From positions 1-64,000 of the forward strand of contig CAXXIA010000002.1 of NCBI GenBank assembly GCA_963666985.2: DNA of 64,000 bases. Direction: 5' to 3'. Source of the stretch: Spirochaetia bacterium. Its GTDB lineage: Bacteria; Spirochaetota; Spirochaetia; DSM-2461. Shown in pieces: positions 48,463-58,329 of this stretch (position 1 is its first letter; every line of letters starts with the position of its first letter). Position numbers and translations under genes: made by a program. A model generated the notes under the pieces. The model saw only the letters and a list, made by a program, of their open reading frames with translations. It made no database searches and was not told the origin of the DNA.

Positions 48463-51138
48463 TCAGTTTTCAGCCGGACCTTCGGAAGTGCTTTCGCCTG
48501 AGTCCGCCGCCACACCGGCCGTATCGGCGCCCGCGTCATCGGTCTTTCCATCGGCATTTCCGGCATGGAATCGCGTATCAGGCGCTTCGAGAAGCCGATT
48601 TTCCCGGGAATCCGATTCGGCGGAATCCTTCGGATTCTCCCGTATCTCATCTTCGGGCAGTGCTTTTTTCCGCCGGTTTTTCCGCCGGAAAAAGATATTG
48701 CCGTTTCTCACGTCCGCGGCGACCGAATCACCCTCCTCGAAGCGTCCCTGCAGGATGGCCACCGAGAGAGGATCTTCAATTTCTTTCTGTATGGTGCGGC
48801 GGAGGGGCCGGGCACCGTAAACGGCGTCAAACCCCTTCTCCATCAACACATCCCGCGTCTTCTTATTCACGTCGAGACTGATGCGCAGTTCGGAAAGTCT
48901 TTCGGAGACTTCGATGAGCATGAGGTCCAGTATCTTCATCACATGGTCATATTCCAGACTGTGGAACACAACGATTTCATCAACGCGATTAAGGAATTCG
49001 GGACGGAAAAGACGCTTGAGTTCGGTCATGACCGAAGACTTGATGTCCCGATAATCCCTGGCTCCGCCGCCGGAATTGAATCCGAAGTTTCCGCGGTTGA
49101 TTTCCCTGGCTCCGGCATTGGATGTCATAATCAGTACGGCGTTCCTGAATGAAACCTTGTGCCCGAAACTGTCCTGAAGCTCCCCTTCTTCAAGAACCTG
49201 AAGCAGCAAATTGAACACATCGGCATGCGCCTTCTCAATTTCATCAAGAAGAATCACGGAATACGGCCGCTTCCGAATTTTCTCGGTTAAAAGACCGCCT
49301 TCTTCATAACCGACATAGCCCGGAGGCGCTCCGACCAGCCGCGAAGCATTATGTTTTTCCATGAAGTCGGACATATCCACGCGGATCAAAGCCTCGGGAT
49401 TTCCGAAAAGATACTCGGCCAGACTCTTCGCCAAAAGAGTCTTCCCTACGCCCGTGGGGCCGAGGAAGATAAAAGATCCCAGAGGGCGGGAAGGAGAATT
49501 CAAGCCGGTTCGGGATCGTCTGATGGCCGAAGCGACCGCCGCAATGGCCTCCTCCTGACCGATCACGCCCGTATGCAGTTCCTGCTCGATCTGCAGCAGC
49601 TTATCCGATTCGCTCTTAACGATGCGGACCATGGGAATGCCGGTGTTTTCGGAAACGATCTCCTGGATGTCTTCGGAGGTTATAAGGTTCTTCTCTTCCT
49701 TGAGGGTTTTTTCCCATTCGGCCTTCAGCTCATCGATGCGGAACCGCATCTCGCGCACTTTATCGCGAACTTTGGCGGCGTTCTCGTAATCCTGGGCGTT
49801 GACGAAGGAAATCTTTTCATCCGTGAGTTCCCTGGTTCGGCTTTCAAGATCGCTGATGGCCTCGGGACGAACATTGTTCTGCATTCTCTTGGACGATCCG
49901 GCTTCGTCGATTAAATCGATGGCCTTGTCGGGAAGATGACGTTCGGTAACGTATCTCCCGGCCAGTTCCGCGGCGGCCCTCAAAGATTCTTCGGTATACG
50001 TAACGTTGTGATGATCCTCATAACGTTCTTTAATGCCCAGAAGGATCTGATACGTCTCGTCTATGGAAGGCTCGTCGATAATAACCGATTGGAAGCGCCG
50101 CTCCAGGGCGGCATCCTTTTCGATGTACTTTTTATACTCGTTCATCGTAGTGGCGCCGATGCACTGCAGCTCCCCGCGGCTTAAAGCCGGTTTGAGCATG
50201 TTCGACGCGTCGATGGCGCCCTCGGCGCCGCCCGCGCCGATAATGGTATGAAGCTCATCGATGAAAAGGATGATGTTGCCGGCTTTATCGATTTCCTTAA
50301 TCACCTTTTTCAGACGTTCCTCGAATTCGCCGCGGTACTTGGTTCCGGCCACCAGGGCCGCCAAGTCGAGGCTGACAAGCCTTTTTCCGGAAAAAATGTC
50401 CGGCGAGGTGCCGTTGACGATTTCCTGAGCCAATCCTTCGACAACGGCGGTTTTGCCGACGCCGGGTTCGCCGATGAGAACCGGATTGTTCTTCGTACGC
50501 CGGGCCAGAATCCGCATGACTCGGGAGATTTCCTTACCGCGTCCCACGACCGGATCGAGACTGTTTTTCCGCGCCATTTCCGTCAAATCGCGGGAGAACT
50601 CATCGAGCATGCTCGTCGCCGATTTGGCATCCCCGGCGGATTCCTTCTTAACGAACGAGGGTCTCTCCACTTTCCTCTGGACCGTTCTGGATTTGTCCCG
50701 TTCGCCGTTGATTTCATAAACAATGCCGCGGAGTATGTCGACGGTCACTTTGAACAGCGACAGATAGGAACTTGTCGCGCTTCCGGGTTCACCGGCCGCG
50801 GCCAGAAGAAAATGCTCCGTTCCGATGTATTCGTGATTCAGCGTGGTCGCCTCGTTTGCGGCGTTCTCAAGAAGCATCTTAACGCGGTTCGACGGCGGGA
50901 TTTCCCCCAACTGAAATGAAGATTTGCGCTGAGGAAGTCCTTTTTCCAACTCCGCCGCCATCTCATCGGTGTTGACTCCGAGCCGCTGCAGGCACTTGAA
51001 TGCAACACCGCCCCTCTCTCTGAGAATGGCTAGGACGATATGCTCGCTGAGCAGCTTATCCGCGTGAAAGCGCTTTGCCTCTTCTTTGGCCAACACCGTA
51101 AGAATACGCTGAGCACGCTGGGTTAATCCCTTAATCAT
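48463..51138 (-). CDS. clpC: ATP-dependent Clp protease ATPase subunit ClpC
   Basis: Two Clp-N repeats, [15 protein letters not shown] coil ([11 protein letters not shown]), [24 protein letters not shown]. Confidence 0.93.
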   Translation of the reverse strand: MIKGLTQRAQRILTVLAKEEAKRFHADKLLSEHIVLAILRERGGVAFKCLQRLGVNTDEMAAELEKGLPQRKSSFQLGEIPPSNRVKMLLENAANEATTLNHEYIGTEHFLLAAAGEPGSATSSYLSLFKVTVDILRGIVYEINGERDKSRTVQRKVERPSFVKKESAGDAKSATSMLDEFSRDLTEMARKNSLDPVVGRGKEISRVMRILARRTKNNPVLIGEPGVGKTAVVEGLAQEIVNGTSPDIFSGKRLVSLDLAALVAGTKYRGEFEERLKKVIKEIDKAGNIILFIDELHTIIGAGGAEGAIDASNMLKPALSRGELQCIGATTMNEYKKYIEKDAALERRFQSVIIDEPSIDETYQILLGIKERYEDHHNVTYTEESLRAAAELAGRYVTERHLPDKAIDLIDEAGSSKRMQNNVRPEAISDLESRTRELTDEKISFVNAQDYENAAKVRDKVREMRFRIDELKAEWEKTLKEEKNLITSEDIQEIVSENTGIPMVRIVKSESDKLLQIEQELHTGVIGQEEAIAAVASAIRRSRTGLNSPSRPLGSFIFLGPTGVGKTLLAKSLAEYLFGNPEALIRVDMSDFMEKHNASRLVGAPPGYVGYEEGGLLTEKIRKRPYSVILLDEIEKAHADVFNLLLQVLEEGELQDSFGHKVSFRNAVLIMTSNAGAREINRGNFGFNSGGGARDYRDIKSSVMTELKRLFRPEFLNRVDEIVVFHSLEYDHVMKILDLMLIEVSERLSELRISLDVNKKTRDVLMEKGFDAVYGARPLRRTIQKEIEDPLSVAILQGRFEEGDSVAADVRNGNIFFRRKNRRKKALPEDEIRENPKDSAESDSRENRLLEAPDTRFHAGNADGKTDDAGADTAGVAADSGESTSEGPAEN

Positions 51139-51419
51139 TCAAGACTCCTATGGAAATAATACTCAATCACGGGGGAATAGACCAGAAAAGCCAAGAAAAC
51201 TCTCCCTAAAGCCTTTTTCTATTCTCGGCGGCAAATCGGCCGCTCTTACGGAGAACGAACCCTGCGGCGGGTCGATCTGATGAAAAAACCCTCCGAAGCG
51301 GCGCCGTGCCGATGAAAATCAGCGTGATCTTTTCAATACCGCCCTTCTCCGCTTTTAAAAAAGCTTTCACCGGCGGCCTCGGCTTATCAAGAGAGCAGGG
51401 AAGGGCTTCGGTTCATGCC

Positions 51420-51570
51420 TGATGAAAGCGCCGATTCAACGCTTTCATCATTATTGGGAACCTACATCTTCGTAGGTTCAGTAAGAATTATTCCGAATAA
51501 TGAAGGCAAGAGACTGAAGTAAACCAAAAAAATCTTTCCATTTTGCTCGTATTGGTGGAAACTGAACCTA
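51420..51570 (+). promoter_or_regulatory. Structured region upstream of the BMP operon with alternative pairings
   Basis: 11-bp inverted repeat 51420-51450; GAACCTAC/GTAGGTTC 51458-51479; TAGGTTCAGT (51473-51482) complementary to ACTGAACCTA (51561-51570). Confidence 0.45.
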
Positions 51571-51587
51571 TTAAATTAAAGGAGAAA

Positions 51588-52598
51588 ATGATGAAAAGGA
51601 TCGTTCTTCTGATCATTGTGACCGTTCTTGCCCTTCCGCTCTTTGCCGGCGGCAGTTCCGAGTCCAAAGATTCCGATGTTACCAAGGTTGCTCTGATTCT
51701 TCCCAGTTCCGCGGATGATAAGGGCTGGTGTCAGGCCATGTACGACGCGGCCCTCCGTGTCGCCGAAGCCAGCAACGGGAAACTCGCGGTTGAATACAGT
51801 GAAAACATGCAGCCCGTGGATGCCGGATCCGCCGCACGTCAGTATATAGCCCAGGGCGTTAAATTCCTCGTGTTCCACGGAACACAGTACGGCAATACAA
51901 TCTTGGAAATGGCGGAAGATTTTCCTGATGTAACGTTTATCTTCGGAACCAGCGCCACGATTATGGGCGACAACGTCGTTTCCTATCAGCCGGCCACCGA
52001 AGAACCCGGATACCTTTCGGGAATCATCGCGGGCATGGCGACCAAAACCAACAAAATCGGTATTGTCGGTCCCGTGGACGGCGGCGATGCCGCGCAGTAC
52101 AACAGGGGATATTGGCTGGGCGTTAAATCGGTTAATCCGAACGCCGAAATCGGCGTTGCCCACACCGGGTCCTTCTCCGATTACATTAAAGCCGGTGAAT
52201 TGGCTCATACCTATATCGAAGAAGGTTTCGACATGCTGGCCGGTTCTTCCCAGCAGGGCTTGGGCGCCCTTCAAGCCGTCGCGCAGTATCCGGACAAGGA
52301 TGTTTACTGGATGGGCACCTCGGAAATGCAGTATGACGGCCCCGAAGGATACAAACTTCTGGCCGCCTGCTCTTACTGGTGGGATCCCATCTTCAACGCC
52401 ATTCTTGAGGCCGACAACGGAGGCCCCAAAATGGGCGGAGAAGTTCTCTGGCTGACTCTGGCCAACGGCGGCTTCACGTTCTCGTGGGCCAAGGATAATC
52501 CGATTATTACAAAAGACATCAAATCCGCCGTTGAGAAGGCCAAGAAAGAAATTATCGACGGAACACTGAGCGTCGACTGGAAAAGCGTCGAATACTAA
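51588..52598 (+). CDS. BMP-family (PnrA/TmpC-like) ABC binding protein
   Basis: DDKGWCQ, GYLSGIIAG..TKTNKIG.VG, G.KSVNP.A; AAGGAG RBS. Confidence 0.88.
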   Translation: MMKRIVLLIIVTVLALPLFAGGSSESKDSDVTKVALILPSSADDKGWCQAMYDAALRVAEASNGKLAVEYSENMQPVDAGSAARQYIAQGVKFLVFHGTQYGNTILEMAEDFPDVTFIFGTSATIMGDNVVSYQPATEEPGYLSGIIAGMATKTNKIGIVGPVDGGDAAQYNRGYWLGVKSVNPNAEIGVAHTGSFSDYIKAGELAHTYIEEGFDMLAGSSQQGLGALQAVAQYPDKDVYWMGTSEMQYDGPEGYKLLAACSYWWDPIFNAILEADNGGPKMGGEVLWLTLANGGFTFSWAKDNPIITKDIKSAVEKAKKEIIDGTLSVDWKSVEY

Positions 52599-52656
52599 AA
52601 TCATTTCGGAATCCGGCACCGCCTGCTGAGATTCCGATGTATAATAACGCTGATTC

Positions 52657-52684
52657 GCGGGGGAGTTTTATCTCCCCCGCTTTT
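52657..52684 (+). terminator. Intercistronic terminator-like hairpin after the BMP gene
   Basis: GCGGGGGAG / CTCCCCCGC followed by TTTT. Confidence 0.65.
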
Positions 52685-52718
52685 ACAATCTACAGCAGCC
52701 TGCTATGCGGAGCCGGGC

Positions 52719-54260
52719 ATGAAACAAAACACGGAACAAATCCACAGCCTGGAACTTAAAGGAATACGAAAAAGTTTTCCCGGCGTTCTGGCCTGTGACG
52801 ATATTTCCCTCACGGTTGGAGAACATGAGATTCTCTCCATCGTCGGAGAAAACGGAGCCGGTAAAACCACGCTCATGAACATCCTGATGGGACTCTACCA
52901 GCCCGATCGGGGTGAGATTCTGATTAACGGCGGTATGGTGCATTTCCGTTCGCCGAAGGATGCCTTCGACGCCGGAATCGGCATGGTGCATCAGCATTAC
53001 ATGCTGGTTCCCAATCTGACGGTTTGGGAAAATATCGCTTTGGGCATGCGCGAGGCTCATAAAAGAGGCATTATCCGGCCGGAAATCGTTCGCGGGAAAA
53101 TAACGGAAGTCTCGGAAACATACGGTTTGAACATCGATCCGGAAGCCTTTGTCTGGCAGCTTTCGGTGGGCGAACAGCAGAGAGTCGAACTGGTTAAAAC
53201 GCTCTGTTACGGAGCCCGGTTTCTCATTCTGGATGAACCGACTTCAGCCCTGACGCCCCAGGAAACCGACGAACTATTGGAACTGCTTTCATCCATGGGA
53301 AAGCGGCTTTCCATTATCTTCATCAGCCATAAACTCCAGGAAGTAAAAGCCCTCTCTCAAAAAGTGGTGATTCTTCGCAGCGGCCGTCTTGTCTTTTCCG
53401 GAGACACCAAGAATCACAGCCCCTCCGAATTGGCCTCTCTGATGACCGGAGCGGCCGTGGAACTTCCCGTGAATCCCCGGAAAGATGAAAGCGGTGATGA
53501 TGCGCTGATAATCGAGAATCTGAAAGTAAAAAGCGACCGCGGATATTTTGCCCTGGACGGATTCAACCTGACCGTCCGAAACGGCGAAATCGTCGGATTG
53601 GCCGGAGTTTCCGGGAACGGTCAGAAAGAACTGGCCGAAGCGGTGAACGGGCTGCGCCGGATCGAAGAAGGAGACATTCGTTTCCGCAATAAAAGCATCG
53701 CCAATCTGAAACCCGGCGACGTCATCAAAACGGGAATGGGATACATTCCGGAAGACCGCAATACCGAGGGAATCGTTCCTTCCTTTTCCATTCGGGAAAA
53801 CATCATTTTGAAAGATCATTACACCGAACGATACTGCCGAATGGGATTCCTCGATCTGAAAAAAATCGCTCAGTCGGCGGATGGCCTGAAAGAGCGGTTC
53901 GATATTCGATGCCCCAATACCTCAACGGCGGCCGGCGCGCTTTCGGGCGGCAACATACAGAAAGTCATCCTCGCGCGGGAATTTCATAGAAACCCTCAAT
54001 TCCTGGTTGCCGTCTATCCCACGCGCGGGCTGGATATGGGCGCGGCCGAATTCATTCACAGCCAATTGCTGGAACTGAAATCACGGGGGGTTGGGATTCT
54101 CCTTATTTCCGAAGAACTGGATGAAATCATGAATCTTTCGGACCGCATCGCAGTCATCTACAAAGGACGGACAATGGATATTTTGGAAGGCGGAAGTGCC
54201 ACCCGTGCGGGTTTGGGACTTTTAATGGCAGGAGTGGCCGATGACCGCGAAGCAATTTGA
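52719..54260 (+). CDS. Nucleoside-type ABC transporter ATPase
   Basis: GENGAGKTT, LSVGEQQRVE, GVSGNGQ, LSGGNIQK, YPTRGLD. Confidence 0.92.
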   Translation: MKQNTEQIHSLELKGIRKSFPGVLACDDISLTVGEHEILSIVGENGAGKTTLMNILMGLYQPDRGEILINGGMVHFRSPKDAFDAGIGMVHQHYMLVPNLTVWENIALGMREAHKRGIIRPEIVRGKITEVSETYGLNIDPEAFVWQLSVGEQQRVELVKTLCYGARFLILDEPTSALTPQETDELLELLSSMGKRLSIIFISHKLQEVKALSQKVVILRSGRLVFSGDTKNHSPSELASLMTGAAVELPVNPRKDESGDDALIIENLKVKSDRGYFALDGFNLTVRNGEIVGLAGVSGNGQKELAEAVNGLRRIEEGDIRFRNKSIANLKPGDVIKTGMGYIPEDRNTEGIVPSFSIRENIILKDHYTERYCRMGFLDLKKIAQSADGLKERFDIRCPNTSTAAGALSGGNIQKVILAREFHRNPQFLVAVYPTRGLDMGAAEFIHSQLLELKSRGVGILLISEELDEIMNLSDRIAVIYKGRTMDILEGGSATRAGLGLLMAGVADDREAI

Positions 54261-55332
54261 CCGACTCTACGGCGGCGTTATCATTCTTATCGCGATAGCC
54301 GCGGCGGCGCTTCTGGGAGCCTTCGTCCTCTGGGCCATCGGCGCCGAAGTGCTGAAAACATTTCGGGTGATTTTTATTGAACCCCTGAGAAATTTTTATA
54401 TCATCAGTGAAGTGCTTATTCGCACCATACCGCTGATTTTCGTGGCGTTGGGCATCGCCGTCGCTTTCCGGAGCGGGATTCTCAATATCGGAGCCGAGGG
54501 ACAGCTTCTGATGGGTGTTCTCGGAGCCACGATCGTCGCCGTCAGTTGGCCCCACCTTCCCCATATGCTCATGATTCCTCTCTGTCTTCTTTCCGGAACG
54601 ATTCTGGGAGCTCTGTACGGAGGAATCCCGGGATTTCTGAAAGCGAAACTCGAAGTGAGCGAACTGCTCTCCACGGTTATGCTCAATTATATTGCCGTTC
54701 AGATTTACACCCTCTGTCTGCGGGGACCTCTTATCGACCCTCAGGAATTGAAAACCGGATCGGGAACGCCGCAGAGCATCCGTTTCCCCGAGGCCGCTTG
54801 GCTGCACCGCCTGGTTCCGGGAACCCGTCTTCATACGGGAATCATCATCGCCCTGATTCTCTGCGTTGTGATCTATTTTCTTTTATGGAGAACCAGTTAC
54901 GGCTATCGGCTCAGGGCCGCCGGGGCGGAGGCGAAGGCCGCGCGATACGGAGGAATCGGAGTTCCGGGCGCTTTGATTTCCGCCATGGTCATCTCCGGCG
55001 CCTTCGCAGGGCTTGCCGGAGCCGTGGAAGTTACCGGACTTCATCGCCGGGCCATCGAAGGGATTTCCTCCGGCTACGGCTTTACCGGAATCGTCGTCGC
55101 TCTTTTCGGAGGTCTTCATCCGGGAGGGATTATTCCGGCGGCCTTCCTCTTCGGTCTGGTTCTTGTCGGCGGAGATATGACTCAGAGGATGGTGGGTGTT
55201 CCCTCCAACATGGTGCAGGTGCTCCAGGGAATCATCATCCTCACCATTGTTTCGGCCAAGATGGTTCTTTCCAATCCGTATATTCGGGAACGGGCCGAGC
55301 GCCGCTTCCTTAAAGAGGAGGCCGCGGCATGA
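54241..55332 (+). CDS. Nucleoside-type ABC transporter permease
   Basis: NIGAEGQ, STVMLNYIA, GYGFTGIVVAL. Confidence 0.9.
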   Translation: MTAKQFDRLYGGVIILIAIAAAALLGAFVLWAIGAEVLKTFRVIFIEPLRNFYIISEVLIRTIPLIFVALGIAVAFRSGILNIGAEGQLLMGVLGATIVAVSWPHLPHMLMIPLCLLSGTILGALYGGIPGFLKAKLEVSELLSTVMLNYIAVQIYTLCLRGPLIDPQELKTGSGTPQSIRFPEAAWLHRLVPGTRLHTGIIIALILCVVIYFLLWRTSYGYRLRAAGAEAKAARYGGIGVPGALISAMVISGAFAGLAGAVEVTGLHRRAIEGISSGYGFTGIVVALFGGLHPGGIIPAAFLFGLVLVGGDMTQRMVGVPSNMVQVLQGIIILTIVSAKMVLSNPYIRERAERRFLKEEAAA

Positions 55333-56276
55333 TTGATTTTCTGATGAGCATCCTGGTTCTGGGAATTCCCTTTTCCATCTCTCTGCTTCTGGCCGCTCTC
55401 GGTGAAATGTTCAACCAAAGAGCGGGAATCTTCAACCTCGGCTGTGAAGGCGTGATGTCGATGGGAGCCTTCGTCGGTTTTCTCATTCCCTACCTTTTCA
55501 TCAAAGCCGGACTCAATCCCGTGATGGGAAACACCTTGGGCCTGGCCGCTTCGATAGCGGCAGGCGCTCTTCTGGGACTCTTTTTCGGATTGGTGGTGAT
55601 TACGTTCAAAGCCACTCAGGGTATCGCCGGTATCGGACTGCAGATGTTCGGAGTCGGCGTGGCCGGAACGCTGTTTCGGCATTTCATCGGCGGCATCGCC
55701 GGCGTGCCCGGACTCTCTCCGCTGCCGATCCCCCTTCTTTCGAAAATCCCGATTCTCGGTAAAGTGCTCTTTAATCACAACATCGTTGTTTATTTGGCTC
55801 TGGTTTTGGTTCCCATAGCCCAGTTCGTCCTGAATAAATCTTCCTGGGGTTTGAAGGTTCGCGCTTCGGGCACGACGCCCCGGGCGGCCGATTCGGTGGG
55901 AATCAACGTTAACCGCATACGGTATCAATCTCTGGTTGTCGGGGGCGCCCTGGCCGGATTGGGAGGCGCCTATCTCTCCATCGGACAGGCGAAGATGTTC
56001 GCCGATACTCTTATCGCCGGCCGGGGATTCATCGCGGTGGCCCTTGTTTACTTCGGGAAGTGGAATCCCTTGGGAATACTGGGAGGTGCCCTACTTTTCA
56101 GTCTGACTCAAGTTCTGCAGCTGAAGATTCAAACCGCCGGGGTGAATATGCCGTATGAGTTCGCCGTCATGATGCCCTACGTTCTGGTTATCGTGGTTCT
56201 GGCTTTCGCCCGCAAGAATCAGCATCTGGGCCCGAAATCTTTAGGAATCGCTTTCGATAGGGAGAACAGGCTTTAA
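55329..56276 (+). CDS. Nucleoside-type ABC transporter permease
   Basis: RAGIFNLGCEG, GRGFIAVALV.FGKWNP, MPYV. Confidence 0.9.
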   Translation: MIDFLMSILVLGIPFSISLLLAALGEMFNQRAGIFNLGCEGVMSMGAFVGFLIPYLFIKAGLNPVMGNTLGLAASIAAGALLGLFFGLVVITFKATQGIAGIGLQMFGVGVAGTLFRHFIGGIAGVPGLSPLPIPLLSKIPILGKVLFNHNIVVYLALVLVPIAQFVLNKSSWGLKVRASGTTPRAADSVGINVNRIRYQSLVVGGALAGLGGAYLSIGQAKMFADTLIAGRGFIAVALVYFGKWNPLGILGGALLFSLTQVLQLKIQTAGVNMPYEFAVMMPYVLVIVVLAFARKNQHLGPKSLGIAFDRENRL

Positions 56277-56386
56277 TTTCAGCCCGGTTTATCCCCGCCC
56301 CCGATCGCTTTAACGCGAACGGAGGCATACTTCGGGCGAAAGCCGGCTGGAAAATTCGACCATCGCCGCGATGCGGCGGCGGAAAA

Positions 56387-57652
56387 TCAATGTTTTCTCA
56401 GCACATCCAGCGGTTTTAATCGCGAAGCCCGGGAGGCCGGCAGTGCGGCCGCGAGCAGGGACAAAGCGAACGTGGATAACGCGATTACGGCCGTGGCACC
56501 CCATCTTATGGTTACCGGTATGGTTTGAAGGTAATACCCTTCATCCAGAAGTTTGGGCGCCGGCCCCGATGTAAAGAGTCCCAGAAGGAATTCCACCGCC
56601 GAAATGATTTCGTTGATGAAACGCGAAACCAGCAGTCCTCCCGCGGAACCGACAAGGGTTCCGGCGGCGGCGGCAAAAATCCCGGCCAAAAGAAAGGTTC
56701 TGGTAATATCCCGCGGAGAGGTTCCGGTACACTTGAGAATACCGATTTCCCTTCGCCTCTCCAGGGTAAGCATAATCAGCGATGTAAGAACGTTGACCAC
56801 GGCCACGATAATGATGAGGGCCATGATAACCAGAAGAATACCTCGGGTTGTGTTGAGATTGCTCAAAAGATAACGATTCAGATCCGTCCAAACATACGCG
56901 GTCCATCCTTCTCCGAGTGTAACGGCCGCGGAATCGGCGAACGATCGTCCGATCTTTTGCGGATGGGGAACTTTGCAGCCGATGAACGTCACCGCACTCT
57001 CATCGGACAAAACGGACCATCCGGTCTGAAGAGGAATGAACGCCCAGGTTCTGTCCAAATCCTGATATCCGCTGGTGAACACACCCTTGACGACAAAGCG
57101 GGTTACCTTGGGAATATAGCGGCCGTTATCCAAACGCCTGGCCGTTAAAATCCTCAGTTCGCTGCCGGCTGCAGCCCCCAAACGGCGCGCGGCTTCCCGG
57201 CCCAGAAGAATGGAATCGGCCGATGAAAGATCCCATCCGCCCTCGTCAAATTCGATATACGTGGAAAATCCTTCATCGCGCATGTAGACATCCGGCGGCA
57301 GCGCTCTGAGCGTTAATCCTTCGCGGACGTTCGCGGCTCGGGCCAGTCCGAATCCCTGCCGTTCCACCCATGCGTCGGAAAATGCTTCTTCTTCGGCAAG
57401 CTTTTCGGCGGATTCCTCCCAGGTTTTTCTATCGGGAACTCCCCAGTTGTGAACCTGAACATGATAAGAAGAAGTCTCTCGGTAACGGGCGATGATTCCC
57501 TCAATCATGGCTGCGGCGATGTGATCCACCGTTACAAGAGGAATAAGCGACAGGGCAATGCCCGCCGCCGCGCCGATAAGAGGATGTCCTTTTGCCTGTT
57601 CCCGCCGCCGCTTGAAGAAAAGATGTCCGGCGACGAAGAGGGGTCCGCTCAT
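56387..57652 (-). CDS. lolE: LolC/E-family lipoprotein-releasing permease
   Basis: ERRREIGILKCTG, GYYL..IP, PA.RAS.LKPLDVLR. Confidence 0.8.
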   Translation of the reverse strand: MSGPLFVAGHLFFKRRREQAKGHPLIGAAAGIALSLIPLVTVDHIAAAMIEGIIARYRETSSYHVQVHNWGVPDRKTWEESAEKLAEEEAFSDAWVERQGFGLARAANVREGLTLRALPPDVYMRDEGFSTYIEFDEGGWDLSSADSILLGREAARRLGAAAGSELRILTARRLDNGRYIPKVTRFVVKGVFTSGYQDLDRTWAFIPLQTGWSVLSDESAVTFIGCKVPHPQKIGRSFADSAAVTLGEGWTAYVWTDLNRYLLSNLNTTRGILLVIMALIIIVAVVNVLTSLIMLTLERRREIGILKCTGTSPRDITRTFLLAGIFAAAAGTLVGSAGGLLVSRFINEIISAVEFLLGLFTSGPAPKLLDEGYYLQTIPVTIRWGATAVIALSTFALSLLAAALPASRASRLKPLDVLRKH

Positions 57653-58329
57653 GCGGCCACCAGCCTTCCTTCACTGAGGCTCAGGATTTTGCCAGCGCGG
57701 GATGCGAGATCGGCCGAATGAGTAACCAGAATAAGAGTTTTTCCGGCATCGGCGGTTAAGGAGAAAAGAAGATCGGCAACCATGGCTTTATGGTCTTCAT
57801 CCAGGTTGCCCGTCGGCTCGTCGGCAAGAATAAGATCGGGGTTGTTCACCAAGGCCCTCGCCAAAGCGACTCTCTGGCGTTCTCCGCCCGAGAGCTGTGC
57901 CGGATAATGTCCCGCACGGTTTTCAACGCGAACTTTACTGAGAATCTCATCGGCAGCGCGGCGGGCCTCTTTCTTTCCAACACCCCTCATCAGCATGGGC
58001 AGCATGATGTTCTCTTCCGCCGTAAAATCCTTCAGAAGGTAGTGAAACTGAAAAACGAAACCCACTCCCGCGGAACGGTATTCGGTAAGACGGTTTTCAC
58101 TCATTCGGCTTACCTCATATCCGCAGGCCCTGATAACCCCGGAATCGGCCCGATCCAAGCCGCCGATAAGATTCAGCAGAGTGCTTTTGCCGCAGCCGGA
58201 AGCTCCCACCACGGCAATGCTTTCACCCGCATATGCCGAGAAATCCACATCCCGAAGCACTCTCAGTTCATCGCTGCCGGAACGATACGTTTTACAGACG
58301 CCTTCCAAGACTAAAGTCGGTTCATTCAC
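57649..58329 (-). CDS. lolD: LolD-family ABC ATPase
   Basis: GASGCGKST, GFVFQFHYLL, LSGGERQR, ADEPTGNLD. Confidence 0.9.
   Translation of the reverse strand: MNEPTLVLEGVCKTYRSGSDELRVLRDVDFSAYAGESIAVVGASGCGKSTLLNLIGGLDRADSGVIRACGYEVSRMSENRLTEYRSAGVGFVFQFHYLLKDFTAEENIMLPMLMRGVGKKEARRAADEILSKVRVENRAGHYPAQLSGGERQRVALARALVNNPDLILADEPTGNLDEDHKAMVADLLFSLTADAGKTLILVTHSADLASRAGKILSLSEGRLVAA

Noticed and set aside
51277..51450. Hammerhead ribozyme (CTGATGA at 51277 and 51419)
   Set aside because: No stem II followed by GAAA with a correctly placed UH cleavage site.
51139..51587. Canonical purine riboswitch before the BMP operon
   Set aside because: The conserved TATAAT...ATATGG...TCTACC...CCGTAAA pattern was not found by eye.
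1718..52619. Long antisense ORFs (e.g. 1718..2854, 13431..14303, 23031..24050, 45976..46842, 51576..52619)
   Set aside because: They mirror well-supported genes on the opposite strand, as expected from codon bias in GC-rich DNA, and show no motifs.
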